A stretch of 63,382 bases of DNA, counting the filler, from Dimorphilus gyrociliatus (taxonomy: Eukaryota > Animalia > Annelida), in NCBI GenBank assembly GCA_904063045.1. It is 3 parts of 3 records of this genome, joined end to end, with 100 filler letters (N's around TTAATTAATTAA, not from the genome) between each part and the next. Parts side by side here need not be neighbours in the genome. Positions count along the whole stretch, not along the records: positions 1 to 26,652 come from CAJFCJ010000151.1; 2 more parts are not named here. The stretch is one strand, 5' to 3'. The position numbers and the translations under genes were made by a program. Of this stretch, positions 12,930 to 24,889 are shown in pieces. The notes under the pieces are model-generated. The model saw nothing but the letters and a program-made list of their open reading frames with translations, ran no database searches and had not been told where the DNA came from. The number at the start of each line of letters is the position of its first letter. The stretch's first letter is position 1.

Positions 12930-14410
12930 CAGTGTGCAAAAAAAAATTCGGACAAGCAAAAATATTAAAAATCTCTAAAAATATAGCTTTAACAAATTAA
13001 CTTTATTATAAATAATTTATCATATGAGAGTGAAGTGTTTACATTCTAATATGATTTTTTTAGATGCTCTATTTGTTATTTTAGCCTAGATTTTTATTTA
13101 CTAATGCAAAAAAAAAATTCGGACAAATTATTTAATACTTTGTTATGCCACCTTTTGCTTTTAAAACGGACGTAACTCGCTTTCTCGTTGAGTTTACTAG
13201 TGCAGCACATGTTTCATTAGGGATTTTTGACCACTCACTTTTTAGTTTATCAAATAAATCTTTTTGATTTTTAAATTTCATACCTCGTAGTTTTTCCTTT
13301 AGAATTCCCCACAAATTTTCAACTGGATTCAAGTCTGGTGAATTAGAGGGCCAATCAAGAACTTGAATCTGTTTAGTTTTGAAATACTCTTTGGTATATC
13401 CTGTAGTATGCTTTGGATCATTATCCTGTTGGAATTTAAAGCTCTTCATTCCTAGAGAATCGGCAGAAACAAACAAGTTATTGGCTAATATCTCTACATA
13501 TTTATATTTATCCATTTTCCCCTCTATTAATGCTATTCTACCGACTACTTTACTGCTAAAACAGCCCCATAACATCACTTTTCCTCCACCATGTTTAACT
13601 TGCTTAGTTGTATAACCCGGATCAAGCCTCCATTCCTTTTTTTCTCCACACATATTGCCTTCCATCACTATTATATAGGTTGATTGGGACTTCATCTGAA
13701 TAGATTACATTATCCTAGAAGCTATTAGGTTCATATGACCACTTTGAACAGATTGCATATCTCGACTTTATTTGGTGATCCCTTAATAATAGTACTTTAG
13801 TGGGAGAGCAAGTAATAAATCCTCTACTTTTTAATACATTACAAATTGCTTGAGGCATGGATTTAATCATTCCGGATTCTACTATTTTTTTGGCGATAAA
13901 CGGGCGGATTCTTTTTAATTTTTGTCTTTTATCTTGAGAATCTCTTTAATATCATCTTCTTTATAAATACTGGGACGACCAGACCCTTGCTTTCTCGCAA
14001 AACTACCTGTTATTTTATATCTTCTAATGATATCACTTGCTGTAGATTTAGGTATTTTGAGTTTTTCAACAATTTCCTTATTAGTCATTCCAAGATCTAC
14101 AAGCCCTGCTATCTTACCTTTGGTGATATCATTATATTTACGGTACATAAAGGGTATTTATGCCTTGATTTTTTATAAAGATAATGGAGGGAAAATGAAT
14201 TTCTGACCTTGTCCGATTATTTTTTTTGCATTTAGTTTTTAAAAATATTGATTAACGGATCAAACCTCGTTTTATGGAAATATAAATTATATAATCAGTT
14301 TATAAAAGAGTTTTTGAAGAAATTTTATCTATATATCGCTGTTTAATATAATTTTATAGAGGGGGGTTACAAGCATTTTTTGCTTGTCCGAATTTTTTTT
14401 TTGCAAACTG
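12930..14410 (-). mobile_element. Tc1-family transposon with outer and inner direct-repeat binding sites
   Basis: TA|CAGTGTGCAAAAAAAAATTCGGACAAGC ... GCTTGTCCGAATTTTTTTTTTTGCAAACTG|TA. Transposase: GSGRP, FQQDNDPKHT, WPSNSPDLNPVENLW. One TAG at a conserved Trp. Confidence 0.95.
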
Positions 14411-14800
14411 TAAATAAGTGAGTATTAAAATCATTTTCTTTAAGTAAAACCACAAAAATAAAAACATTTCACTATATATCTTCTAAAAAATACTTCTACA
14501 TCATATGCTAACTCTTAACAATTATTGAATTTTTTCATTAAAATAAAAAGGGATTTCATTTGATGATTGATAATTAATTTAGAATTAAAAAACATAAAAA
14601 TCTTATAATTAATTTTATAGATGTAAAAAATTAAGACTTTTTATATGAGATACAATTTGGAATGCAATAATTAAAGCTTTATATACAGTTTTTTGAAGAG
14701 CAAAAGGTTTTAACGAAATATTGTTATTTACGTCTTTCAATATCCCTGACAAAGAAGTTTTTAGAATTGGTTTTAATTAAAGATCATCAAAACTTTCTCT

Positions 14801-16127
14801 TTAATTTTCCACATCAAGTCCATTATCTTTTACTGTAAACAGTGTTTGACGTAGTTCTCGATCGTATATCAAAGCAATATAAGGCTTATCAACAACAATC
14901 TTTTTTGGGGGCATGCCTCTAGCAAAAAGTGCTTCGGCAGCAGCTGCACCTTCTACTCCTTTCTCATCAATTTTAACTCTAACCTTCATCACAAATTTAA
15001 CGAACTCTGGATTAGGACCGTGCTGATAGGTTTCTGGTAACATTTCATTCAGGTCAATGTCTTCACAAACTTGATCGAACTTAGGAAAATAAACTATTCT
15101 TTCGGTATCTTTAAAAGCGTCATATTTTATTGTAAAATTTTTTTTGTCACCATATGTGTAATTTTTGATAAATCTTGTATAAATTTCTTTCCATTTCTCT
15201 GCATTACTAACCAAAAATCTGGGTGCAATATAAATAGCCTCAAATCTATTACTGTTTCCATCATCATTAAATGGTAAAATGAAGACATCTACTGATTTTA
15301 TTGGATTTATCTTATATTTACTTACTTTTATATCGATTCCGGGCTATAAACGTATTCTCTGCTTACCTCTTTACCTTCGATATTGGTAAATTTTTTTTCT
15401 CTTCCATAGCAAGTAAACCGTGCTGCCATGTACCTTTAAAGTATAAAATGCTAAGATAAATTCGTGCATCCGGTTTTAATAGGTCGGATCGTTTCAAAGT
15501 GTAGCCTATCATCCCATTCGTTAGTTGTTTGACTTGATCATCGACTTTCTTTATAACCGATTGTACTTTTTCCATATTGTTAGAATGCGTATGTAATGAT
15601 AAGTGGTTTGTAATATCTTTACCTTTAACACGCTTGCTAATTATATCTTCTGCTGCTATTACAATAATATGAGATTTTGCCATTAAATCTTGGTTTCTTC
15701 GCCATCCAAGTCCTTCTTTTCTGATATCATAAGAACAGTTTTTCAAATTTGGAAAAGCAATATCTAACAAGCTATTTTCTCCAGCAAAGTAGTCATATTC
15801 ACCAACTAGTGCCTGTGCTAAAACATTGTTAAAGAAACAAGCAAAGGAAAACAGCTGTTCTTTATTTGATGAATTTTTAAAAAACTCAACATTTGCTTGA
15901 ATATCACAGTGTGATAGGCTACTTTTGTCGTGATAAAGTTTATCCATAGCAATTCTGAGATAATTTGAGGCTTTTACATTGCTACTTGTATTTGGCCTTT
16001 GCTGCTTCTCCTCTTTAGAAGATGAAGAAGCAACTGGTGAATCACAATCAACAATATCTCCGGTAAAGTCAGAGGGAAACAAGATGTTACTAACCATAAT
16101 TTGTGAAATTAGAAATAAAATGTTCAT
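14801..16127 (-). CDS. Secreted serpin 2 (two 1-nt frameshifts, probably sequencing errors)
   Basis: Close paralog of serpin 1; hinge/RCL EKGVEGAAAAEALFARGMPPKKIVVDKPY; ORFs 15363-16127 and 14801-15214 plus the linking frame. Confidence 0.9.
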
Positions 16128-16385
16128 AGGTAGATTGTTTTTTTCTTTTTTATAGTTTTGGATACGTGTTTATTTCCAGGATAGGTTCTTTAAAAAAGAA
16201 AAAGGAGGTCGCGAAACAGCGTTATATTGATTTTTATATTCAATTTTATGTATATTTTTTTTATAAAGAAAATTTAAGTTTTGTGATTTACTTTCTATTT
16301 AGTATAAAAATGATTAGATTAAACTGTCGTAGGTAAATTAGCTATTTATTCTAAAATCCTAAAAAGAGATTAAAAAAGGGGGGAC

Positions 16386-16570
16386 GGCCAGAGTACCAAT
16401 CTGTTCTACCTATTAGCGTGTATCAAAAAAAAATTCATCCCTTTAACTTTTTTTATAAAAATGCAAAAACTTAAAAAAATTAGTAAAACTTCAAAAAATC
16501 GCTAGGATACCATCTTTTTAACATAAACTTAGTCAGATAAAGTGTTATCTCAGCCATTTTATTACATTTA
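16386..16570. mobile_element. Merlin family B terminus, cut by the Helitron 3' end
   Basis: Aligns with 8219-8395 (AAAACTTCAAAAAATCGCTAG...AGATAAAGTGTTATCTC.GCCAT). Confidence 0.7.
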
Positions 16571-19500
16571 CTAGTAAGCTTAGCACCCGTTTTAAAAACA
16601 GGTGGTTGATTAATAAACCATTGAAGATAAATAATTGTTTTCTTCTTTATAATAACTCTTTGTAAACAACATTATCAATGTATACTTTCCCCTTTTCAAT
16701 GGTTTGTGCCTCCTTTTCAATAAAGATTTTTAAATTATTGTTATCTTTTACTCTAGAAAGAGCTACATATAATTGACCATGTGCAAAAACAGGCTGTGGT
16801 AAATAAAGACCAACTTTATCAAATGACTGTCCTTGTGCTTTATGGATAGTCATTGCGAATGCTGGTATTATTGGGAATGTCTCCTTTTTAATACGAAAGG
16901 CAGCTGTGTTTCACTGGGTGCTATATCAATCCTCGGTATAACACAACACCCTTTATTATTACCTTTAAGTATTTCACATTTAATTATATGGTCATGCATT
17001 TCCTGTATAACCATTCTAGTTCCATTTAAAAGCCCATTTTTTGGATCTATATTTCTTATTAACATTACGATAGATCCTACTTTAAGTCTCAATTCATGAG
17101 GAGGCATTCCAGAAGGCTGTTGTTTGTTTAGAAATTCAGTGGTATAATTATTTTTTGAATCTTGATCATCTGAAACCACAGAATCAGAGCTTAAATAAAC
17201 TCTTTCATCTCCACTAATTAAATTGATTATATCATCGTTTATTTTATTTGAGAACTCGTTTTTTGTTGTCAAGATTACTCTGTTGGCTATATCATTGTTG
17301 TTATCTATTTTAGTACCAAATATTTGTTTTATTAAATTTTTGTTTTCGATATATTTTTTTGGTATCTCTATTAAGTTTGTTTTTCCATTTCCAACTTTCA
17401 TTAACCACTTATTAAATTTTATTTGTTTGATGGCTCTCATATTTTCTTTTAATTTAATGATACAAACATATTTCCATAGAGGAGAGCTTTTTATTGAGTT
17501 CTCAATTATATCATTTTTATTACCATTCACAACAATATTGGCAGTCTGTCTGAAATCACCACCGAGTAATATAAATTTATTGCCAAACAGCTTATTATTT
17601 TTACAAATCCTTTTCAATAAATCATCAATGGCATGTAAAGCATGTTTTGACATCATGCTAACCTCATCTATGATAATAAGTGATGCTTCTTTTAAAGTTT
17701 CTGCATGCTTTGAATTAATATTCATTGATGATCTACTGTTTTCATATAATGGTATAGGCAGTTTGAAGGTAGAGTGGAGTGTTCTGCCATTTTCGAATAT
17801 ATCTGCGGCTATTCCTGTTGTTGCCGAAATTATCACTGATTTATCATTACCTTCTAAATAATTGATCAGTGTTTCATATAGGAAAGACTTACCAGAGCCG
17901 CCTGGTACATCGAGGAACATAAAACGCTTATCATCATCTGTTTCAACTCTTTTGATTATTTTATCAAAAGCACTCCTCTGTTCCTCATTAAATAAGTTAT
18001 AATTTGATAAATATTTTTGCATTTTTTGATTTTGTCATTAAATTTTGGCGACTCAAGTTTTGTGGGAGATGGTAAGTTAAAAGTATTACAATTAAACTGT
18101 GTAATTTAAATATGTTTTCAATTTCAATTAATGCTTGATTTTCAGCATCGTCTTGAAAGTCCTCAGTCATATCTTCTATGAAATCATAGAAGAGTTTTTT
18201 GGTATTATGAGGTCTGTTGAATACACAGATATAAGCAAATACTTGTCTTATTTGCCGAGGCTTTAATGTCATACATGCCTCTTCCATGCACCTATACCAC
18301 TCACTATCAGTAGATAGTAATCCCAATGCCTCTGCTGTTTCCTCGAATGATTTATGCTTAATTTTATTAACTGTTAGTAAGTCATTGAATGACTTGGCAC
18401 CTTTTACATGTAATAGTATCATTCTTAGATAGAATATTTCTCTATCATTAGGTGTGACTGTATACATTCGAGGAATTATATTTGTTAAATTTCTCTGTCT
18501 TTTCTTCCAGAGGCCTTTTTCAAATGTATAATAGAGAGGAATTTCGGTGTATAAATATTATTACATCTTTATCTACTCTATTTAACTCAAACCATGCCAT
18601 TAATTAAAATTAGACTTTATTCGTTATTCCTTTGTGAAGTCCTCATTAAATATTATATTTTGTTGTTCAGGAAGATGAACAGGTAATCTTATTATAGCAT
18701 GGGACTTATCATGCATTTTATATTCAAGAAGCCTCCACATTGCTTCTGGTGCACTCATGTATCTGGTGCTGAGATACTGCTCAATCTCATTACCATTAAA
18801 TAACTTTATATTTGCACAGTCATAACCTTTATAACATATTTAAATATATACTTTACTGATTTTATGCTCGAGCAGATTTCAACATTATATGACAATTGTA
18901 TTTCAGTAATAAGTATTTGTTGTATGGAACAACATTTCTATTGTCGACTGTGTATTTTTTATATTTATATACATGGCCCTTTCTTCTCATGTAAGTTGGA
19001 TAACAATTGTCTCCAACTTTAGTATCCTCACAGTATTGCTTAGGATACTCCTTAGTACATTCACCATTTTCCATGCATGGTGAGTTTGGTTATTTCTCCA
19101 CAGGGACCATGTATCATATGTTTGAGTACTCTAGATTGCAAATTTTATCATTATTGGTATCTCTGCAGATACCACTTGTTTATTCGCTCAACTGTTTCTA
19201 TTTTATTTTTTTTATCCAGAATAATTAATATGTGAGCATGTGGGAGGCCTCTTTTCTGGAACTCAATGGTATATATAAAAGCCTCTATCTTACCAAATAT
19301 TTTATTTTTAATTAAGTCTTTTTTAAGCTCGTATAGTTTTAATTTAAATACTCGAGCTACTAAATCTGGCCTGTCAGATGCTGTTTGGCCATCAAAGAGG
19401 TTTTCTTTTATTTCCTTCCAGTTGGGATTACATGTCATTGTTATGAAAAGATCTGGCTTTCCATACTTCCCAACTATTGCCATCGCATCATTATATCTCT

Positions 19501-21224
19501 CTCTCATATTACGCGGAGAGCCTTGGAAGGTTGATGGTAATATAATGGTTCCTATATCCTCTGTATCATTATTTAGACTATCCATTAATCCTCTATATTT
19601 TTCTACTCTCAATTTTTTTGATTGAGTCTTATATAGTTTAAATTATTGGCTTCTACCTGTAGATAAGAGTCTATGATCCATTGCTGGAATAGTCTTGAGC
19701 CATATAATAGAGGATTAAATTCATCTAGTCTGACTGCAGTCTGTGATACTTTGTGCTGCAGCATAGATATCTTTTTACCACCATTTGTTAGTTTGCTCCA
19801 TCCCTTTTCACCATATGGATAAAATAATGAGTATACCATTGGATCGAGATTATGACTTAGTATATCTATTTTTTCACTGAATTATTTTCTTTTGGATACA
19901 CCTTTATATCTCGATCCATTGGTGGTTCTCCATTTGAGTCGTTAAATACCATTGCTACTTCGTCTGCCTTTTTAGTACTGAATCTCTTCTTAAGCAGTCC
20001 TTTTGTCTGCTATCATCTACCACTCCATATTGAGGTGGCCTGTGGATGTTTCTTTTCGATTTGAGAGATATTTTTATAACTTTTAGCAAATGGATTTGAC
20101 TCTCTCATTAAATTATCCAGTTTTGTAAGATGTTTTTTTGACAGCCTACGTTTGCTTTATTATTTAATCTTATATTAGTTGCCATTTCATTATCGACAAC
20201 ATATAGCTGCGCATATTTCTTTTGACTGTCTCCATTAGATAAGGGATGGTAACTGTGGTGGTAAGTTTGGCCATGTATCTTCAGACAATATGGACCACTA
20301 CTATGCTTATTAGTCTTAGCACCAAATGAAGCAAAAGATATGGCACTGTTATAAGATCTGATATATTTTTTAAAATTTTTGTGGTCTTTATTTTTTTTAT
20401 TTGTCAACAGATCTTTTAGATATACAGGATAATCTGCTCTACTTGTATGTTACTTTACCACCATGGCAACAGCTTTTGAATATTTTGTTAGTAGTTCTTT
20501 CATCTTCAAAATTTAAAGAATTACAGAAACTACATATTTTGTCCATTCTTCCACTGTAGTGTTCTTGGACTGTATTTTCATTGTCATTAATCACATTTTC
20601 AGTGATTTTTTTAATTTTAAAAATAACTTTAAGAGGTGATGATTTGCTATCATTCATGCATAGAAAGCATGGATCAGCCTCTTTTTTAACAAAAAGGTTA
20701 TTTTTAAAAATGACTTTATTTTTGTTTATAGAACAACTACAAACAGATTTGGAATAACCACTATTATTAATATGATAATCAATATTTGATGAAACATTTT
20801 GTGTGTTTGCATCAGAAATTTTTAACTTTAAATTAAGAAGCTTATTATTTTTTTTAGAAAACATATGGGTGTTTTAAAATGATTTTATTTATACTATTAT
20901 TTTTTTCTAGAAAATTCGTTTCCATATTTGGAAGTATAAATAGCTCTTTTAATATTTACCAAATTAGGTATGCATTAATTAACAAAAATTATTCATAGTT
21001 TTATCTACGTTTGTTCGTAATAAAATTGTCTTCTATAAATGATGTTTATATGTTTTATGAATTTATTTGTAAAAATTGTAGTTTATTAAGTTGAAAGATA
21101 AACAACCAAGAGTTTTAAAATTTAAAGATAAACAAAATAAATGTTTTACAGAAGCTCTAAGTCGTATTTTTAGAGATTTAAGATTTTGATTTCTACCCCC
21201 AATTTTGTCTTTTTATATATATGA
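16571..21224 (-). mobile_element. Helitron with both termini recognisable (~4.65 kb)
   Basis: Minus-strand 3' end: hairpin CACCTGTTT-TTA-AAACGGGTG, 9 nt, then CTAG|T. Candidate 5' end A|TCATATATATAAAAAG at 21224 (less certain). Encodes Rep and PIF1 helicase. Confidence 0.85.
16647..20864 (-). CDS. Helitron RepHel (HUH Rep + PIF1 helicase), multiply frameshifted
   Basis: FITMTCNPNW, YTIEFQKRGLPHAHIL, DVPGGSGKS, IIIDEVSM, GGDFRQ, MTIHKAQGQS spread over about 9 ORF pieces. Confidence 0.92.
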
Positions 21225-21341
21225 TTAGAAAGGCTGTTTTTTAGTGATGCTCTAATATTTCTATTATTTTTTTATAATACTTTTTTGATTTTATATCATC
21301 TAGGTTGAATTTTTTACTAAATGTTTATCAATTTCATATGT

Positions 21342-22275
21342 GGCTAAAGTACCATTCTATGCATCCCTCAGAGTATATTAAAAGATACTTTAACTCTTAA
21401 TTTTATGAGAAAAATAAAAGCTTAGAGAAAATATAATGGAAAGTTTAAAGTAATCAGCAGGTCCATGTCTTTTTACCATAATATTCGTGAAATATGGGAT
21501 AATATCGATTTTTTTTCATTGTATTAGGTACTTCTAGCTTAATTACTCTCCAGTTGCCTTCAATGGTTTTTGTATGGTATCCTTGTAATTACTTTTATAA
21601 TTAACTTTTAGATGCTTTCAGTTTAAGTTTATACGTGAATATCATTTCCACATATTAATATTCATAATATAATCAGGTTTAAGTGCGTTTTCAAAATATT
21701 ATTTATAGTAAAACTCTTCCATTTACCAGTAGTAACGAGCATACTCCATTGACTGGATGTTCTTTCAAAAATATCAAACACTCATACATCTTCTATAAAA
21801 CAACCTTTATTATATTTAATTTTTCCAAGTTCAGATTCTTCAACTTTTATATTTTCACTTCCAATTTCTCTGAATTTTCTAAAGTAGAACTTCTCTACCA
21901 ATAGAAGTAACCTTTTTATAAATAAATAGTGTTTTTTATCTATACTCTTAAGTTTTATAATTTGCTATAAAGTATATTTATCCAAAGCCAAACTAGCTTA
22001 CAGAAAACTATATATTCTTTTAATAAAATATAGTATTTAGAAACGCACTTTTTTCTGTTCTACAATTCTTTAGTTTGCATATATAAATAACAGATTTTTG
22101 TTTTTCTATTGTTATAGAAACACTTCCATTACATATTGAATAATAATTATGAATACTTTCTTCAAAAATATCTTGTAAGAAGGAAATTATTATTGTTGTG
22201 GTTGGGAAAATTCTCATAAAATGCGGGGGAGTTTTTTTCTATACTCTAAGGGGAGAATAGATTGATACTTTAGCC
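21342..22275 (-). mobile_element. Merlin transposon, family B, decayed
   Basis: ~36-bp TIRs GGCTAAAGTA.CA.TCTAT.C..CCCT.AGAGTATA; residual SKFGKIKYNKG...EDV*VF motif near 21780-21860. Confidence 0.75.
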
Positions 22276-22853
22276 TCAACTATTTCTTAAACTCTCCGAT
22301 TTAATATCTTTTTGTGTTATTCTAAACTGATTAGTGACAACATAGATTGATATGATTAAGTTTCAATCATATCTTAAAACAGGTTTTATCTCTTTATCAT
22401 CTCCTTTTTCAGATTTATTTGATTTATATTTCGTAAATATTATCTTTAAACGTTATCATCTCCGAGAAGCTAAAGGTTTATTTTACCTCTTACAGATTTT
22501 TGTATATTTCTATAATTAAATTATTGTAATTTTTATCTAATAGCACAATTAAACCTATAAAATTCTGTATTTGTTCTATTTTTAAACATTCATTTTTTGA
22601 AGTTATGGCATACTCTAATAGTACCTATTTTTTTGACTACTATAGTTAGAAATCTGAGTTCTAAAACAAGTAAACATTAATTTAGAAATAAAGCCCAAAA
22701 AAAATCTACTAGAAACGAAGCAAACCAAATTGACCTAATAATTATCTAATTCATATAAATCAAATTTTTAAAAAATACTTTAATTAGAATGTAGCCATAT
22801 TCAATCCTACTCAGTTCACTTCAAAATAACTTTTTTATTAATTCTGTATTAGT

Positions 22854-24592
22854 TTAAAATACCCTCTGATCAAAAAAAGGAAAAAGTCTGTTAAATTCGC
22901 TGTTTATTTCAACAAAGAGAAGTTCCTCTAAAATATTAACACCTTTTTTCCCTAGTTTTTGAATTTCTTTTTCCAGTGGTTTAATGAACGAAAAATAATA
23001 TACTCGTCTAAGACATAATGTTTTCAAGTATTTTAGGTTTTGTATTACTTCGAAATCGTCCTCATTTAGCTTATTAAAACTTATGTCTAAAACAGTTAAT
23101 TTGTCGAGGTCTTTTATATATTTAAGAGATCCGGCACCAAGTTTACATTCCCCTATTTCCAATCTCTTTAAGTTCGTCAAGAAATTAATTCCCGTTAAGT
23201 CAATATCACTAAGTTTCTCATTACAAGTTATATCTAAGGTTTCAAGTGTTTGTAATTTTTAATGTTTTTTAGAGATCCACTTGGAAGGTTGCAGAAGCTC
23301 AAATCTAGAGTTTTCAAGCCTTTTAATTTTAAAAGATCGTCTATATCTTCTTTTGATAGTTGTTTGTTACAAGAAATCTTTAATTTGGTGACTGTTGTAT
23401 TTTCTTTAATCAGTTTAAATTTTCTTTTTCCTAAACCACATCTTTCAAGAGATATTGATTTAATCGATGGTAAATTAAAAATAGTTTTTAAGTCTTTATC
23501 ACTCAAAAAGCTGTTTTTATCTATATATAGAGTTTCTAAGTTAGCTAATTTGTGGATTTCATAAAGCATACCAGGCATGGAAATACAACTGTCTATACTA
23601 AGACTTTTCAAAGAACTTAATTTGAAAATGGCAGTGAAATCTGAAAGATTCAAATGTGCGCTTTGATCTAGATTCAAAGATTCTATAGATGGTAAATACA
23701 GTTTGCTTAACACACCAGGTTCTAAAGAACACCATGACAGCTTTAAATGTTTCAAACAGTGCAAATTATTTAAACTTTCTATGTCATCGCATGTAAAGTT
23801 GCTATTAGAGCTCAAATTTAAATATTCTATTTTAGAACAAAGCTTATTTTTACTTAAAATGTTACTTTCTATCCTACAATGGTTCAGACTTAACCTTTTC
23901 AAATTATTAAGCTTCAAGACTGATATTATGTCTTTATTGGTTAATTCCCAGCAACTGTCTAGATAAAGCTCTTGTAAATTTGATAAAGTATCTATTTTTT
24001 CTAAAGAATTTGGTGATATATCCGAATAACTTAAATTTAATACTGTTAGATTTTTCAGTCCAGTTGTTTCTTTAATATCACCTAAATTAGAGTCAGTCAA
24101 GTTCGAATCAGAGGTTCAAGCCTATAAAACACTCCAAGCCTATTTTCAAATTTCAATATTTCAGATTCTTTAACTTCTTGAGGGCTATAAATAGTATTTT
24201 CCTCTTTTTTATATTAGAATTTTCATTTGAGTGTGAACTGTTTAAATTCACTGCTCCTAATAATACTTTTGTTGCATCTTCAGGCAGCTCACAATTATTC
24301 AGCAATAAAGAACGTAGAGTTGTAAAGTTTGATATACACTTTACGTCCTTAAGATCTAAATTATTTGGGAACATTTTAAAGTTGTAAGATTTTTAGGTAT
24401 TACATTACCAGTTAATTCTACCTTGTGCGGTGATTTAAAGTCGCTTATATCAAGTTCAACCAAACTTTCTAATGAAAGTATTTTATCAAACAAAAATCCA
24501 ATCTCCTTGACTTCTTCGTAATTATCTCTGTGATGAGATGATGTAATAATTAACCGAACTATCAAAATAACCAAACATGAACTTTTAATCAT
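22854..24592 (-). CDS. Secreted leucine-rich-repeat protein (frameshifted)
   Basis: Signal-like MIKSSCLVILIVRLIITSS; GGG 3 nt before the ATG; many LxxLxLS.N/C repeats over ORFs 24356-24592, 24153-24374, 23234-24100 and 22854-23180. Confidence 0.85.
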
Positions 24593-24889
24593 AGCCCATC
24601 TTAATTTCTTATTTTATAAAAAATTAAAGTCAGTTTTTGACAGCTAGGAGAAAATCATATAATACTTTTTTTAAAGCTTGTTAAAGTATACAAGTTTATT
24701 TTAAAAAATGTAATTTAGAACTAATAATCCCAGTTCTTATAAAATCTAATTTTTTCCTTTTTAAGGATTATAATACAAAATACTAATAAAAAGTTACAAA
24801 ATTATATTTTAATTTTTAATTTCCTCTTCAGGAACTTAATACAAAACTCGGCTAATTATTTCTCTGTATTTTCATTTTCTAAAATTTTT

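Larger units (their letters stand above)
12672..16205. repeat. Segmental duplication unit B (serpin 2, with Tc1 insertion)
   Basis: Collinear with unit A; Tc1 sits at a TA that is empty in unit A (~4780). Confidence 0.85.
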
